This document shows, piece after piece, positions 51,296-64,000 of a stretch of DNA of 64,000 nt (positions are counted from its first letter, which is position 1; each line of letters starts with the position of its first letter). The notes below the pieces were generated by a model. The model did not search any database, was not told the DNA's origin, and saw only the letters and a list, made by a program, of their open reading frames with translations. The stretch comes from Heterodontus francisci (Eukaryota). A program made the translations under genes and the position numbers. Location: contig NC_090373.1 in assembly GCF_036365525.1 (NCBI RefSeq), positions 193,152,161 through 193,216,160 of the forward strand, written 5' to 3'.

Positions 51296-54200
51296 ATTTA
51301 ACAACTTGCATTTATATAGCACCTTTAATGTATAAAACACCCCAAAGCATTTTACAAGCATTATAAAACAAAATTTGATATAGCCATATTAGGACAGGTG
51401 AACAAACTGGATCAAAGAGGTAAGTTTTAAGGAGTATCTAAAATGAGGAAAACGAAGTAGAGAGGCAGAGAGATTTAAGGAGGGAATTCCAAGCTTAGGG
51501 CCCAGGCAGCTGAAGACACAGCCAGCAATGCTGGAGCAATTAAAATCGGGAATGCTCAAAGGCATGAAACTTCTGAATGTTGATGTTCAAAGAGATTTGT
51601 GTGTACTCGTACAAGGAACAGAGTTAGCATGCACGTACAGCAAGCAATTAGGAACGCAAATGGCATGTTAGCCTTTATTGCAAGAGGATTGCAGTATCAG
51701 GAAGTCGTACTACAATTGAACAGGGCTTTAGTGACACCACACCTGGAGTACTGTGTGCAGTTTTGGTCTCCATATTTAAGGAAGGATATACTTGCATTGG
51801 AGGCGATACAGCACAGGTTCACTAGATTGGTCCCAGGGATGAGCGGGTTGTCCTATGATGAGGAGTTGAGTAAATTGGGCTTATACTATTTGGAGTTTAG
51901 AAGAATGAGAGGTGATCTCATGAAAATATACAAGATTCTGAAGGGGCTTGACTGGGAAGACACAGAGATTGTTTCCCCTGGTTGGGTATCTAGAATGTGG
52001 GGGCATAGTCTCAGGATAACGAGTCGATCATTTAGGATTAAGAGGAGAATCTTCTTTGGATGGGAACCAAATGAGGTCAGTGGACAGTAAGGAGGTAGTA
52101 ACTAAAGCCTGTAAGGAACTAGATAATGAATTCAGCGTGACTAAGGGAAAGAGTAGGCAGGGAGCAGATGATGAAAGCAAAGGGACTGGTGGTCTGAGGT
52201 GCATTTGTTTTAATGCAAGAAGTGTAGTAGGTAAGGCAGATGAACTTAGGGCTTGGATTAGTACCTGGGAGTATGATGTTATTGCTATTACTGAGACTTG
52301 GTTGAGGGATGGGCATGATTGGCAACTAAATATCCCAGGATATCGATGCTTCAGGCGGGATAGAGAGGGAGGTAAAAGGGGTGGAGGAGTTGCATTACTG
52401 GTCAAAAAGGATATCACAGCTTTGCTGAAGGAAGGCACCATGGAGGACTCGAGCTGTGAGGCAATATGGGCAGAACTCAAATAGGAAGGGTGCGGTAACA
52501 ATGTTGGGGCTGTACTACAGGCCTCCCAACAGTGAGCGTGAGATAGAGGTACAAATATGTAAACAGATTATGGAAAGATGTAGGAGCAACAGGGTGGTGG
52601 TGATAGGAGATTTTAATTTTCCCAACATTGACTGGGATTCACTTAGAGGTCTAGATGGAGCAGAATTTGTAAGGAGCATCCAGGAGGGTTTTCTAGAGCA
52701 GTATGTAAATAGTCCAACTCGGGAAGGGGCCATACTGGACCTGGTGTTGGGGAATGAGCCCGGCCAGGTGGTTGAAGTTTCAGTCGGGGACTACTTTGGG
52801 AATAGTGATCACAATTCCGTAAGTTTTAGAATACTCATGGACAAAGACGAGAGTGGTCCTAAAGCAAGAGTGCTAAATTGGGGGAAGGCCAACTATACCA
52901 AAATTCGGCAGGAGCTGGGGAATCTAGATTGGGAGCAGCTGTTTGAAGGTAAATCCACATGTAATATGTGGGAGGCTTTTAAAGAGAGGTTGATTAGCGT
53001 GCAGGAGAGACATGTTCCTGTGAAAATGAGGGGTAGAAATGGCAAGATTAGGGAAGCATGGATGACAGGTGAAATTGTGAGACTAGCTAAGAGGAAAAAG
53101 GAAGCATACATAAGGTCTAGGCGGCTGAAGACGAAGCTTTGAAAGAATATCGGGATTGTAGGCGCAATCTGAAACGAGGAATTAAGAGCGCTAAAAGGGG
53201 TCATGAAATATCTTTAGCAAACAGGGTTAAGGAAAATCCCAAAGCCTTTTATTCATATACAAGGAGCAAGAGGGTAACTAGAGAAAGGATTGGCCCACTC
53301 AAGGACAAAGGAGGAAAGTTATGCGTGGAGTCAGAGAAAATGGGTGAGATTCTAAACGAGTACTTTACATCGGTATTCACCGAGGAGAGGGACATGACGG
53401 ATGTTGAGGTTAGGGACAGATGTTTGATTACTCTCGGTCAAGTCGGCATAAGGAGGGAGGAAGTGTTGGGTATTCTAAAAGGCATTAAGGTGGACAAGTC
53501 CCCAGGTCCGGGTGGGATCTATCCCAGGTTACTGTGGGAAGCGAGAGAGGAAATAGCTGGGGCCTTAACAGATATCTTTGCAACATCCTTAAACACGGGT
53601 GAGGTCCCGGAGGACCGGAGAATTGCTAATGTTGTCCCCTTGTTTAAGAAGGGTAGCAGGGATAATCCAGGTAATTATAGATTGGTGAGCCTGACATCAG
53701 TGGTAGGGAAGCTGCTGGAGAAGATACTGAGGGATAGGATCTATTCCCATTTGTAAGAAAATGGGCTTATCAGTGATAGGCAACATGGTTTTGTGCAGGG
53801 AAGGTCATGTCTTACCAACTTAATAGAATTCTTTGAGGAAGTGACAAAGTTGATTGATGAGGGAAGGGCTGTAGATGTCATATACATGGACTTCAGTAAG
53901 GTGTTCGATAAGGTTCCCCATGGTAGGCTGATGGAGAAAGTGAAGGTGCATGGGTCCAAGGTGTACTAGCTAGATGGATAAAGAACTGGCTGGGCAACAG
54001 GAGACAGAGAGTAGCAGTGGAAGGGAGTTTCTCAAAATGGAGACGTGTGACCAGTGGTGTTCCACAGGGATCCGTGCTGGGACTACTGTTGTTTGTGATA
54101 TACATAAATGATTTGGAGGAAAGTATAGGTGGTCTGATTAGCAAGTTTGCAGACGACACTAAAATTGGTGGAGTAGCAGATAGTGAAGGGGACTGTCAGA

Positions 54201-56720
54201 GAATACAGCAGAATATAGATAGATTGGAGAGTTGGGCAGAGAAATGGCAGATGGAGTTCAATCAGGACAAATGCGAGGTGATGCATTTTGGAAGATCCAA
54301 TTCAAGAGTGAACTATACAGTAAATGGAAAAGTCCTGGGGAAAATTGATGTACAGAGCGATTTGGGTGTTCAGGTCCATTGTTCCCTGAAGGTGGCAACG
54401 CAGGTCAATAGAGTGGTCAAGAAGGCACACGGCATGCTTTCCTTCATCGGATGCGGTATTGAGTACAAGAGTTGGCAGGTCATGTTCCAGTTGTATAGGA
54501 CTTTGGTTCGGCCACATTTGGAATACTGCGTGCAGTTCTGGTCGCCACATTACCAAAAGGATGTGGATGCTTTGGAGAGGGTGCAGAGGAGGTTCACCAG
54601 GATGTTGCCTGGCATGGAGGGCGCTAGCTATGAAGAGAGGTTGAGTAGATTAGGATTATTTTCATTAGAAAGACGGAGGTTGAGGGGGGACCTGATTGAC
54701 CTGTACAAAATCATGAGAGGTATAGACAGGGTGGATAGCAAGAAGCTTTTTCCCAGAGTGGGGGATTCAATTACTAGGGGACACGAGTTCAAAGTGAAAG
54801 GGGAAAAGTTTAGGGGGGATATGCGTGGAAAGTTCTTTACGCAGAGGGTGGTGGGTGCCTGGAACGCATTGCCAGCGGAGGTGGTAGACGCGGGCACGAT
54901 AGCGTCTTTTAAGATGTATCTAGACAGATACATGAATGGGCAGGAAGTAAAGAGATACAGACCCTTAGAAAATAGGCGACAGGTTTAGATAGAGGATCTG
55001 GATCGGCGTAGGCTTGGAGGGCCGAAGGGCCTGTTCCTGTGCTGTAATTTTCTTTGTTCTTTGTTCACTCAGATGGTTGTGAAGCTTTGGAATTCTCTAC
55101 CCAAGGGTTGTGGATGCTCCATTGAGTATATTTAAGGTTGAGACAGACAGATCAGGCAGGAAGAATGCCCACTTGGGCAAAGGACCTGGGGAAGCAGGCA
55201 CCCATGAAACCATCCCTCAGCACCTCGAAGGTAGGAACTACAGGGAGGAAAAATGTGCTATGTACAAAAGTGGATTTGTAAGGACATGGGTTTGTGCTCA
55301 CAATTCTTCAGTCACAGTTATCCTCAGGGAATCAAGGGATATGGGGAATGGGCAGGAGAAAGTGGAGTGAGGCAAAAGATTGGCCATGTACGTATTGAAT
55401 GGCGGAGTAGTTTCAAGGGGCCATATGGCCTAAGCCTGCTCCTATTTCTAATGTCCTTATGCTCAAGAGCCCAGAATTGAATGAGAGCAGAGATCGCAAT
55501 GGGCTGTAAGGCTGGAGGAGATTACAGAGATAGGGTGGGGCAAAGCCAGAGAGAGATTTGAGAACACGGAATGAAAATTTTAAAAACTGAGGTGTTGCTG
55601 AACTGGGAGCCAATGTAGTTCAACAAGCACAGGGATGACAGGTGAATGGGACTATAGGACTTGGTGCAAGTTACGACGGGGTAAGCAGAGTTTTGGATGA
55701 CAAGTCTGCAGAGGGTAGAACTAGGGAGACCAGCCAGGAGAGCATTATAAGTCACATTTAGAGTTAACAAAGGCATGGATGAGGGTTCCAGCAGATGAGC
55801 TGAGGCAGGGGCGGAGCCAAGCGATGTTATGGAGGTGGAAATAGGTGGTCTTAGTGATGGTGCAGATTTGTGGTTGAAAGCTCATCATGGGGTCAGATAT
55901 GACACTGATGTTCCAGTCAGGCTGAGCCTCATTCAGCTGCTAGGGAGAAGGATGGAGTCAATGACAAGGGAATGGAGCTTGTAATAGGGACCAAAGACAA
56001 TGGCTTCAATCTTCCCAATATTTAGTTTGAGGAAATTTTCAACATCCAGTACAGGATGTCAGACAAGTAGTGTGACAGTTTATTGGCACTGGAGGGATCA
56101 AGAGAGGTGGTGGGGAGTTAGAGCAAGGTACTGTCAGCACATGTGGAAACTGATGTGTTTTCGGATGATATTACCAACGGCAACATGTAAATAATAGGAG
56201 GTGGCCAACGGTAGATCTTTGGGGAACCAGAAGTAATGGTGCGGGAGTGAGAAAAGAAGCCATTGCAGGTGATTCTCTGGCTGCTACTGGGTAGATAAGA
56301 ATGGAACCAGGTGAGTCCAGTCCCACCCAGCTGAATAACAGTGGACAGGCGCTGGAGCAGGATTTTGCGGTCAACTGTGTCAAAGCTGCTGACAGATTGA
56401 GAAGGACAAGGGGGGACAAATTACCTTTGAGTGTCATAAAGGACGTTATTTGTGAATTTGGTTAAGAGCTATTTTGTTATTTTGGCATGGGAGGAAACCC
56501 AACAGGAGGAATTCAAACACTAAGTTCTGAGAAAGATGGGCACAGATTTGGCAGGTTTCATAAACATTCAAGAATTTGACAGGCCAATGGGTTTGGTGGT
56601 GGAACAGTCATTTACCAGGACAGATAGGTCAAGGGTTGCTTTCTTGAGAGGATTGAGGATGGCAGATTTGAAAGAGGGAACAGTACCTGAAAGGAGAATA
56701 CCATTAAGATAAGCTAACAA
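51296..56720 (-). mobile_element. L2-type LINE split into 51296-51559 and 55459-56720 by CR1 insertions
   Basis: 3' end ACTTGCATTTATATAGCACCTTT and RT remnant LVLLNLSAA (cf. LLDLSAAFD). ATGCTCAA is repeated at 51552-51559 and 55459-55466 around the inserted CR1. Confidence 0.7.
52058..55065 (+). mobile_element. Young CR1 LINE with nearly complete ORF2 (APE endonuclease + RT), disrupted
   Basis: CFNARSV, IAITETWL, GDFNFP, SDHN (endonuclease); KSPGP, GVPQGSVLG, FADD (RT). Frameshifts or stops near 52480, 53140, 53754 and 53955. Confidence 0.95.
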
Positions 56721-57117
56721 AGGAGCCAGGAACTGTCTAATTAAGAAACACTACACCAAAGCATTCACATTCATTGAATTACACTCAACTATAGTGACAT
56801 TTATTAGGCAAATGTGGCAGCTATTTGGCTTACAAGATCAAAGAAACAGTAATGACAGTTAATCTGTTTTTGATGCTGTTTGTTGGGGAAGGAATATTGG
56901 CCAGTATACTGGGAGAACTGTTTGAATAGCATCATAGATCTTTAATTTGATCTTGGAATGTCCACCTTAGCCACTGGACAACAGGCAGGCAGGGCCGCAT
57001 GTAACATCTCATCCATAAGGCAGCACTTACAACAACGCAGCAGTTCACAAGTACTGCACTGGACGTCAGCCTAGATTATGTGCTCAAACTTTGGAATGGA
57101 GCTTGAAACCTTTTGAC

Positions 57118-57221
57118 CAATGTTCCCTCAAAAGACATGCGCAGGTCGCACAGCAACCTTAAAAGGGACCACGCAGTGCATCAAACCGGTCATGCACAAA
57201 GAAAAATTAGAGGGAACATTA
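57118..57221. mobile_element. hAT-type MITE, ~104 bp
   Basis: TIRs CAATGTTCCCTC / GAGGGAACATTA; 8-bp flanking repeat CTTTTGAC / CTTCTGAC. Sits in a decayed DeuSINE-like copy (~56800-57265, -). Confidence 0.65.
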
Positions 57222-58010
57222 CTTCTGACAGAGGTGTAAGTGCTAGTAACTAAACCAACTTGGCACTTCGGCAGCAAAAGGAAATAGTCTCTCAACAAAA
57301 AAATTGCATTGCATGCAAAATTAATGGCTGGGAGACAAATTGCAGAAGCTTATTCTCTTGTTCGCCTGAACATGCCACCCAGTTGTCACAAAATTAATTA
57401 AAAACCAATAGACTATCTCCAAGTCATCCGCGACCATTTCTCCATATGCTGTACATCTGGTAAGAGGAAGATAACTACAGTATGTTCAAGCCTAAAGATA
57501 GCTTTGAACACAACATGGAGTACTTTTCAGTGTCAACAGCCAAGCACGGAGAGATGTTGCTTCAAACTTCATTACTGCAGTGCATCTATAGAATATACTT
57601 TTAGTAATCCACCCTCAGAAGCCGTATAAAATTAATAGAACCCAGAAAGTTCTTTGCTCCAATTTCCCTATTCTTTCATCAGAGGATGCTGACCAAGAGT
57701 AGGGCAATTGCATCAAAAGTTTCATGGAAAATGTAATAGAATACAACAAATCTCACCCTCTTAAAACAAATTTTATGATTTTCTTTGTGATTGGGAAGTT
57801 AGGCAAAGGAAGTAACTAAAGGCAGTCAAAGAGGCAGGTTTCAAGGAGCCCTTTGAAGGTAGCAAGTGGTGTAGCAAGCCGGAAGGATTTAGAAAGCACT
57901 CAAGTCCTGATTCGAAAGAATGGAGTGTTCAAGCTGTGTTAGGGTTGAAGAAAGTTGCAGGGGTAAGGTTTGTCAAAGACACAGAGGGATCTGTAACTGA
58001 CAATCATTTA

Positions 58011-58352
58011 GAATTCATAGAGTCATAGAGAGATACAGCACTGTAACAGGCCCTTCGGCCCACCGAGTCTGTGCCAACCATCAACCACCCATATTATACT
58101 AATCATACATTAATCCCATATTCCCTACCACATCCCCACCTTCCCTCAATTCTCCTACCTACACTAGGGGCAATTTACAATGGCCAATTTACCTATCAAC
58201 CTGCAAGTCTTTGGCTGTGGGAGGAAACCGGAGCACCCGGCGGAAACGCACGCGGTCACAGGGAGAACTTGCAAACTCCGCACAGGCAGTACCCAGAACC
58301 GAACCCGGGTCGCTGGAGCTGTGAGGATGCGCTGCTAACCACTGCGCCGCCC
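58011..58352 (-). mobile_element. tRNA-derived V-SINE (HE1-like)
   Basis: Reverse complement of the 38337-38680 element, a related variant. Confidence 0.85.
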
Positions 58353-58384
58353 AATGTGCTGAAAAATGGGGAACTAATAGTGGT

Positions 58385-58835
58385 AATGAAAAAAATATTT
58401 GCATTTAGATCACAATTTTCATAACCACCGGACAAAGTGCTTTACAGCCAAATTACTTTTGAAGTCATTGTTGTAATGTAGGAAACTTGGCATCCAATTT
58501 GTGCACAGCAAGCTCCCACAGATGGCAATGAGATAATGACCATATAGTCTGCTTTAGAGATGATGAATGAGGGATAAACATTGGCCAGGACACTGGGGAT
58601 AATTCCCCTGCTCCTCTTTGAATAGTGCTATGGGATCTTTTACATCCAGCCAGGAGGGCAGACAGGGCCATGGCTGAACGTCTCATCTGAAAGACGGCAC
58701 TCCGACAGTGCAGCACTACCTCAGTACTGCGTTGGAGCATCAGCCTTGATTTTTGTGTCCAAGTCCTGGAGTGGGACTTGAACTTGGAACCTTGTAACTT
58801 AGAGGTGAGAGTACTACCAACTGAGCATGGCTAAG
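58385..58835 (-). mobile_element. DeuSINE-like SINE, unexpanded copy
   Basis: tRNA-like head, a single GCAGTACTGAGGTAGTGCTGCACTGTCGGA segment (~58701-58730), and the conserved body GTGCCGTCTTTCAGATGAGACG..GTAAAAGATCCCATAGCACTATT. Confidence 0.8.
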
Positions 58836-59608
58836 ATGTTTGAGAAGACCTTGGTGCAACTGGTTCAGTTGGAGTTTGGAAAGACTGTTAGGAAAAGCCG
58901 GAAAAGTCAAGCCTTGATATGGAAAGTTTGTTGAGGGTTTTAGTAATAGTGGGATGAGGTACAGATGCAAGAAGTAATGTTTTAGAGGTGGAAACAGGCC
59001 TTCCTGATACGTGGAAATGAGGTCTGAAGTTCAGCTCAAGATTAAATCAGACTCCAGGTTCAGCTTGAGATTGGTCAAGGAGAAATCAATGGTTTGTGGC
59101 TTGTGTCTGACAGGCAGACAGCATAACAGTAATGAAGTCAGAATGATGACAGAGAGGCAAAGTTTGGTGTCACTGGCATACATGTAGAAACTGACCCAAT
59201 ACTTATTAATGTCAGACAGGCAGTATGTAAATATGGAATAGAAAGCAGCCAAGGACAGAATCTTGGGGCACACTGGAGGTGTATTTATAAGGGCAGTTAG
59301 AAAAATAACTGCAGGAGATCAGACAAGGAATAGGATGATAAAAGGGTGATGTTGCAAAGAGGCAACGGAGAACTGACCCTCACTGGACAGCAACAAGTGA
59401 GAACTCTGCCTGATTTCCTCCCCCTCATGAGGTGGTCTCTGCATCTAGAAATGAAGCCAACTACACACAACTGTTCCAAGCTGATCTCAGCTTAGTACAG
59501 ACCATGGAATCTAACCCAGGATCAACCTGATTTCCACGTCTCAGCAACCAACCATGTGGTGCATTTACCTACTGCGTTAAGGTGAGGCATTCATACACTA
59601 TCAAATTA

Positions 59609-59851
<243 letters not shown>

Positions 59852-61044
59852 CTACTTCAATGCACTGGATATACTTGAATAACTTTCACAGCACAATGAG
59901 TTGAGGCAGCTATGGGCAATTATGAGTCAAGATTTTTCATCATACAGGTTATACACAAGTAGATAGGAAGGTCTTAAAAAGCAACTCTTCCTTAACATCT
60001 CAATAAAACTACAATCAATGGACATCCAGTTATTTTATTCCATTATTTTAAGATTTTTTTCTTTAAAAATTTCTTTAAAAATTTCTTTAAAAACAAGTAT
60101 TAGCATTGGAGATAAGGGATTGAGAGGATTACTGAATTCCATCACATGATGAAATAGAATTAAACAGTTAGTGCTGAAGTATACCAGATTGACAATCTCT
60201 ATTAATATTAGTTAAACCCAGAGTGTCCAACTATCTTTTCTTCATAGGCTGCATAGGTGTGCAATAATTGAATCCTGGGAAGCACGAATAAAGCTTAAAT
60301 CAGTGTTTCAATTAGTCTGCACGTTTCTGAAGCTGTGGAAGCAGATCTTGCTGTTAACGACTTATCCACCAGTGAAGCAATAGCCATTTCCAAGTCCGAG
60401 GCCCACAAAATTACAAATAAAAATTTGATAGAAACATAGAAAATAGGAGTACGCCATTCGGCCCTTCGAGCCTGCTCCGTCATTCATCATGATCATGGTT
60501 GAACATCCAACTCAGTAACCTGTTCCCACTTTTGCCCCATATCCTTTGATCCCTTTAGACCGAAGAGCTATATCTAACTTCTTCTTGAAAACATACAATG
60601 TTTTGGCCTCAACTGCTTTCTGTGGTAGTGAATTCCACAGGCTCACCACTCTCTGGGTGAAGAAATTTCTCCTCATCTCAGTCCTGAAAGGTTTACCCCA
60701 TATCTTGAGACTATGACCCCTGGTTCTGGACTCCCCCACCATTGGGAACATCCTTCCTGCATCTAACCTGTTAGAATTTTATAGGTTTCTATGAGATCCC
60801 CCCCTTACTCTTCTGAACTCCAGCGAATATAATCCAAACCGACTCAATCTCTCCTCATACGTCATCCCAGGAATCAGTCTGGTAAACCTTCACTGCACTC
60901 CCTCTATAGTAAGAACATCCTTCCTCAGATGAGACCAAGACTGCACACAATATTCCAGGTGTGGCTTCACCAAGGCCCTGTATAATTACAGCAAGACATC
61001 CCTGCTCCTGTACTCGAATCCTCTCGCTATGAAGGCCAACATAC

Positions 61045-62146
61045 CTTTTTTTTTAATTCATGCATGGGATGTGGGCGTCACTGGCCAGGCCAGCATTTAT
61101 TGCCCATCCTTAATTGCCCTCGAGAAGGTGGTGGTGAGCTGCCTTCTTGAACTGCTGCAGTCCATATGGGGTAGGTACACCCACAGTGTTGTTAGGAAGG
61201 GAGTTCCAGGATTTTGACCCAGCAACAGTGAAAGAACAGCGATGTCAGGATGGTGTGTGACTTAGAGGGGAACTTTCAGGTGGTGGTATTCCCATGCATT
61301 TGTTGCCCTTGTCCTTCTAGTTGGTAGAGGTCGCGGGTTTGGAAGATGCTGTCTAAGGAGCCTTGGTGCATTGCTGCAGTGCATCTTGTATATGGTACAC
61401 ACTGCTGCTACTGTGCGTCAGTGGTGGAGGGAGTGAATGTTTGTAGATGGGGTGCCAATCAAGCGGGCTGCTTTGTCCTGGATGGTGTTGAGCTTCTTGA
61501 GTATTGTTGGAGCTGCACCCATCCAGGCAAGTGGAGAGTATTCCATCACACTCCTGACTTGTGCCTTGTAGATGGTGGATAGGCTTTGGGGAGTCAGGTG
61601 GTGAGTTACTCCCGCAGGATTCCTAACCTCTGACCTGCTCTTGTAGCCACGGTATTTATATGGCTACTCCAGTTCAGTTTCTGGTCAAAGGTAGCCCCGA
61701 GGATGTTGATAGTGGGGGATTCAGCGATGGTAATGCCATTGAATGTCAAGGGGAGATGGCTGGATGGTCATTGCCTGGCACTTGTGTGGCGCGAATGTTA
61801 CTTGCCACTTATCAGCCCAAGCCTGGATACTGCCCAAGTCTTGCTGCATTTCTACACGGACTGCTTCAGTATTTGAGGAGTCGCAAATGGTGCTGAACAT
61901 TGTGCAACCATCAGCAAACATCCCCACTTCTGACCTTATGATTGAAGGAAGGTCATTGATGAAGCAGCTGAAGATGGTTGGGCCTAGGACACTACCCTGA
62001 GGAACTCCTGCAGTGATGTCCTGGAGCTCAGATGATTGACCTCCAACAACCACAACCATCTTCCTTTGCGCGAGGTATGACTCCAGCCAGCGGAGGGTTT
62101 TCCTCGATTCCCATTGACCTCAGTTCTGCTAGGGTTCCTTGATGCC
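61045..62146 (-). mobile_element. Family-B CR1/L2-group LINE, 5'-truncated
   Basis: GVPQGSVLGPTIFSCFINDL, MFADG, WADKWQVTFAPHKC; 3' end matches 1-372. Confidence 0.88.
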
Positions 62147-62225
62147 TTTTGCCATTTGCCTTTTTTACCGCCTGTTGGACCTGCATGCTTACCTTCAGCA
62201 ACTGGTGTACGAGAACACCCAGGTT

Positions 62226-62574
62226 TTGATTGATTTTTGATTTAGAGATACAGCACTGAAACAGGCCCTTCGGCCCACTGAGTCTGTGCCGACCATCAAC
62301 CACCCATTTATACTAATCCTACACTAATCCCATATTCCTACCACATCCTCACCTGTCCCTATATTCCCCTACCACCTACCTATACTAGGGGCAATTTATA
62401 ATGGCCAATTTACCTATCAACCTGCAAGTCTTTTGGCTGTGGGAGGAAACCGGAGCACCCGGAGGAAACCCACGCAGACACAGGGAGAACTTGCAAACTC
62501 CACACAGGCAGTACCCAGAATTGAACCCGGGTCGCTGGAACGGAGAGGCTGCGGTGCTAACCACTGCGCCGCCC
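62226..62574 (-). mobile_element. tRNA-derived V-SINE (HE1-like)
   Basis: Reverse complement near-identical to 38337-38680. Confidence 0.88.
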
Positions 62575-63061
62575 GATATGCAGTCTCACTGCATATTCCC
62601 CTCTCTGTTTATAGCTGTTCAGATAATAATCTGCCTTCCTGTTTTTGCTACCAAAGTGGATAACTTCACATTTATCCACATTATACTGCATTTGCCATGC
62701 ATTTGCCCACTCACTTAACCTGTCCAAATCACCCTGAAGCCTCTCTGCATCCTCCTCACAACTCACCCTCCCAGTTTTGTGTCATCTGCAAATTTGGAGA
62801 TGTTACATTTAGTTCCTTCACCTAAATCATTAATATACATTGTGAATAGCTGGGGTCCTAGCACCGATCCCTGCAGTACCCCACTAGTCACTGTCTGCCA
62901 TTCGGAAAAAGATCCGTTTATCCCTACTCTTTGTTTCCTGTCTGCCAACCAATTTTCTATCCATCGCAATACACTAACCCCAATCCCATGCGCTTTAATT
63001 TTACACGCTAATCTCTTATGTGGGACTTTGTCGAAAGCCTTCTGAAAGTCCAAATAAACCA

Positions 63062-63540
63062 CATAGGAACATAGGAACAGGAGTAGATCATTCAGCCCCT
63101 CGAGCCTGTCCCGCCATTCAATGAGATCATGGCTGATCCGTGACCTAACTCCATATACCTGCCTTTGGCCCATATCCCTGAATACCTTTGCTTAACAAAA
63201 ATCTATCTATCTCAGATTTAAAATTAACGACTGTTCAAGCTTCAACTGCTGTTTGTGGGAGAGTGTTCCAAACCTCTACCACCCTTTGCTTGAAGAAGTG
63301 CTTAACATCACCCCTGAATGGTCTGGTCCTAATTTTTAGACTATGCCTCCTAGTTTTAGAATCTCCAACCAGTGGAAATAGTTTAACTTTATCTAGCCTG
63401 TCTTTTCCAGTTAATATCTTGAAGCCTTGGATCAGATCACCCCTTAACCTTCTAATTCTAGTGAAAACAGGCCTAATGTGTGTAATCTCTCCTCGCAACT
63501 TAACCCCTGTCCAGGTATCATTCTTGTAAACCTACGTTTA
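63062..63540 (-). mobile_element. Second CR1 3' fragment nested in the host CR1
   Basis: Has its own (ACATAGGA)n tail and RRLRGDLIQGFKIL..FFKQRVVEVWNTLP. Confidence 0.82.
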
Positions 63541-64000
63541 ACCTACATCAACTGGCACCCCCCCCACCCTCATCAACTCTACCAGTTACATCCTCAAAGA
63601 ATTCTAGTCGATTTGTCAAGCATGATTTCCCTTTTGTAAATCCATGCTGACTCTGCCTGATTCTACCACTGTTCTCCAAGTGCTCTGCTATAAAATCTTT
63701 GATAATGGACTCTAGAATTTTCCCCACAACTGACGTCAGGCTGACTGGTCTATAATTTCCTGTTTTCTTTCTACCTCCCTTTTTAAATAGTGGGGTTACA
63801 TTAGCGACCCTCCAATCTGTAGGAACTGTTCCAGAGTCTAAAGAATCTTGGAAGATGACCACCAATGCATCCACTATTTCTAGGGCCACTTCCTTAAGTA
63901 CTCTGGGATGCATACCATCAGGCCCTGGGGATTTATCGGCCTTCAATCCCATCAATTTCCCCAACACCATTTCTCTACTAATACTGATTTCCTTCAGTTC

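Larger units (their letters stand above)
60428..64000 (-). mobile_element. CR1 LINE interrupted by three later insertions
   Basis: Collinear ORF2 pieces at 60428-61045, ~62150-62225, 62575-63064 and ~63540-64000 ([36 protein letters not shown]). Confidence 0.9.

Noticed and set aside
52056-54988. Active LINE or domesticated RT gene
   Set aside because: ORF2 is broken by several frameshifts and a stop, and no ORF1 or 5'UTR is seen.

Overview
Vertebrate genomic DNA, most likely a cartilaginous fish (shark-type CR1/L2 LINEs, V-SINE/HE1-like and DeuSINE-like SINEs). It holds two host genes arranged tail-to-tail as in mammals. CNIH4 is complete on + (5 coding exons, 7424-23724, 139 aa) and has a U12-type first intron. 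The last four coding exons of WDR26 are on - (59813 down to 38053). Most of the rest is repetitive: nested LINEs, SINEs and LTRs, two G/A-rich arrays flanking the CNIH4 promoter, and an ~8 kb 33-bp minisatellite that grew from inside a SINE. The most unusual feature is at ~1950-3234. A Ty3/Gypsy-like pol fragment runs in frame into an intronless, decayed myc-family sequence (MBIII-MBIV-bHLHZip), followed by a purine tract and an LTR-like segment. This suggests an LTR retroelement that captured a myc mRNA. All calls are from reading the sequence; no database searches were run.
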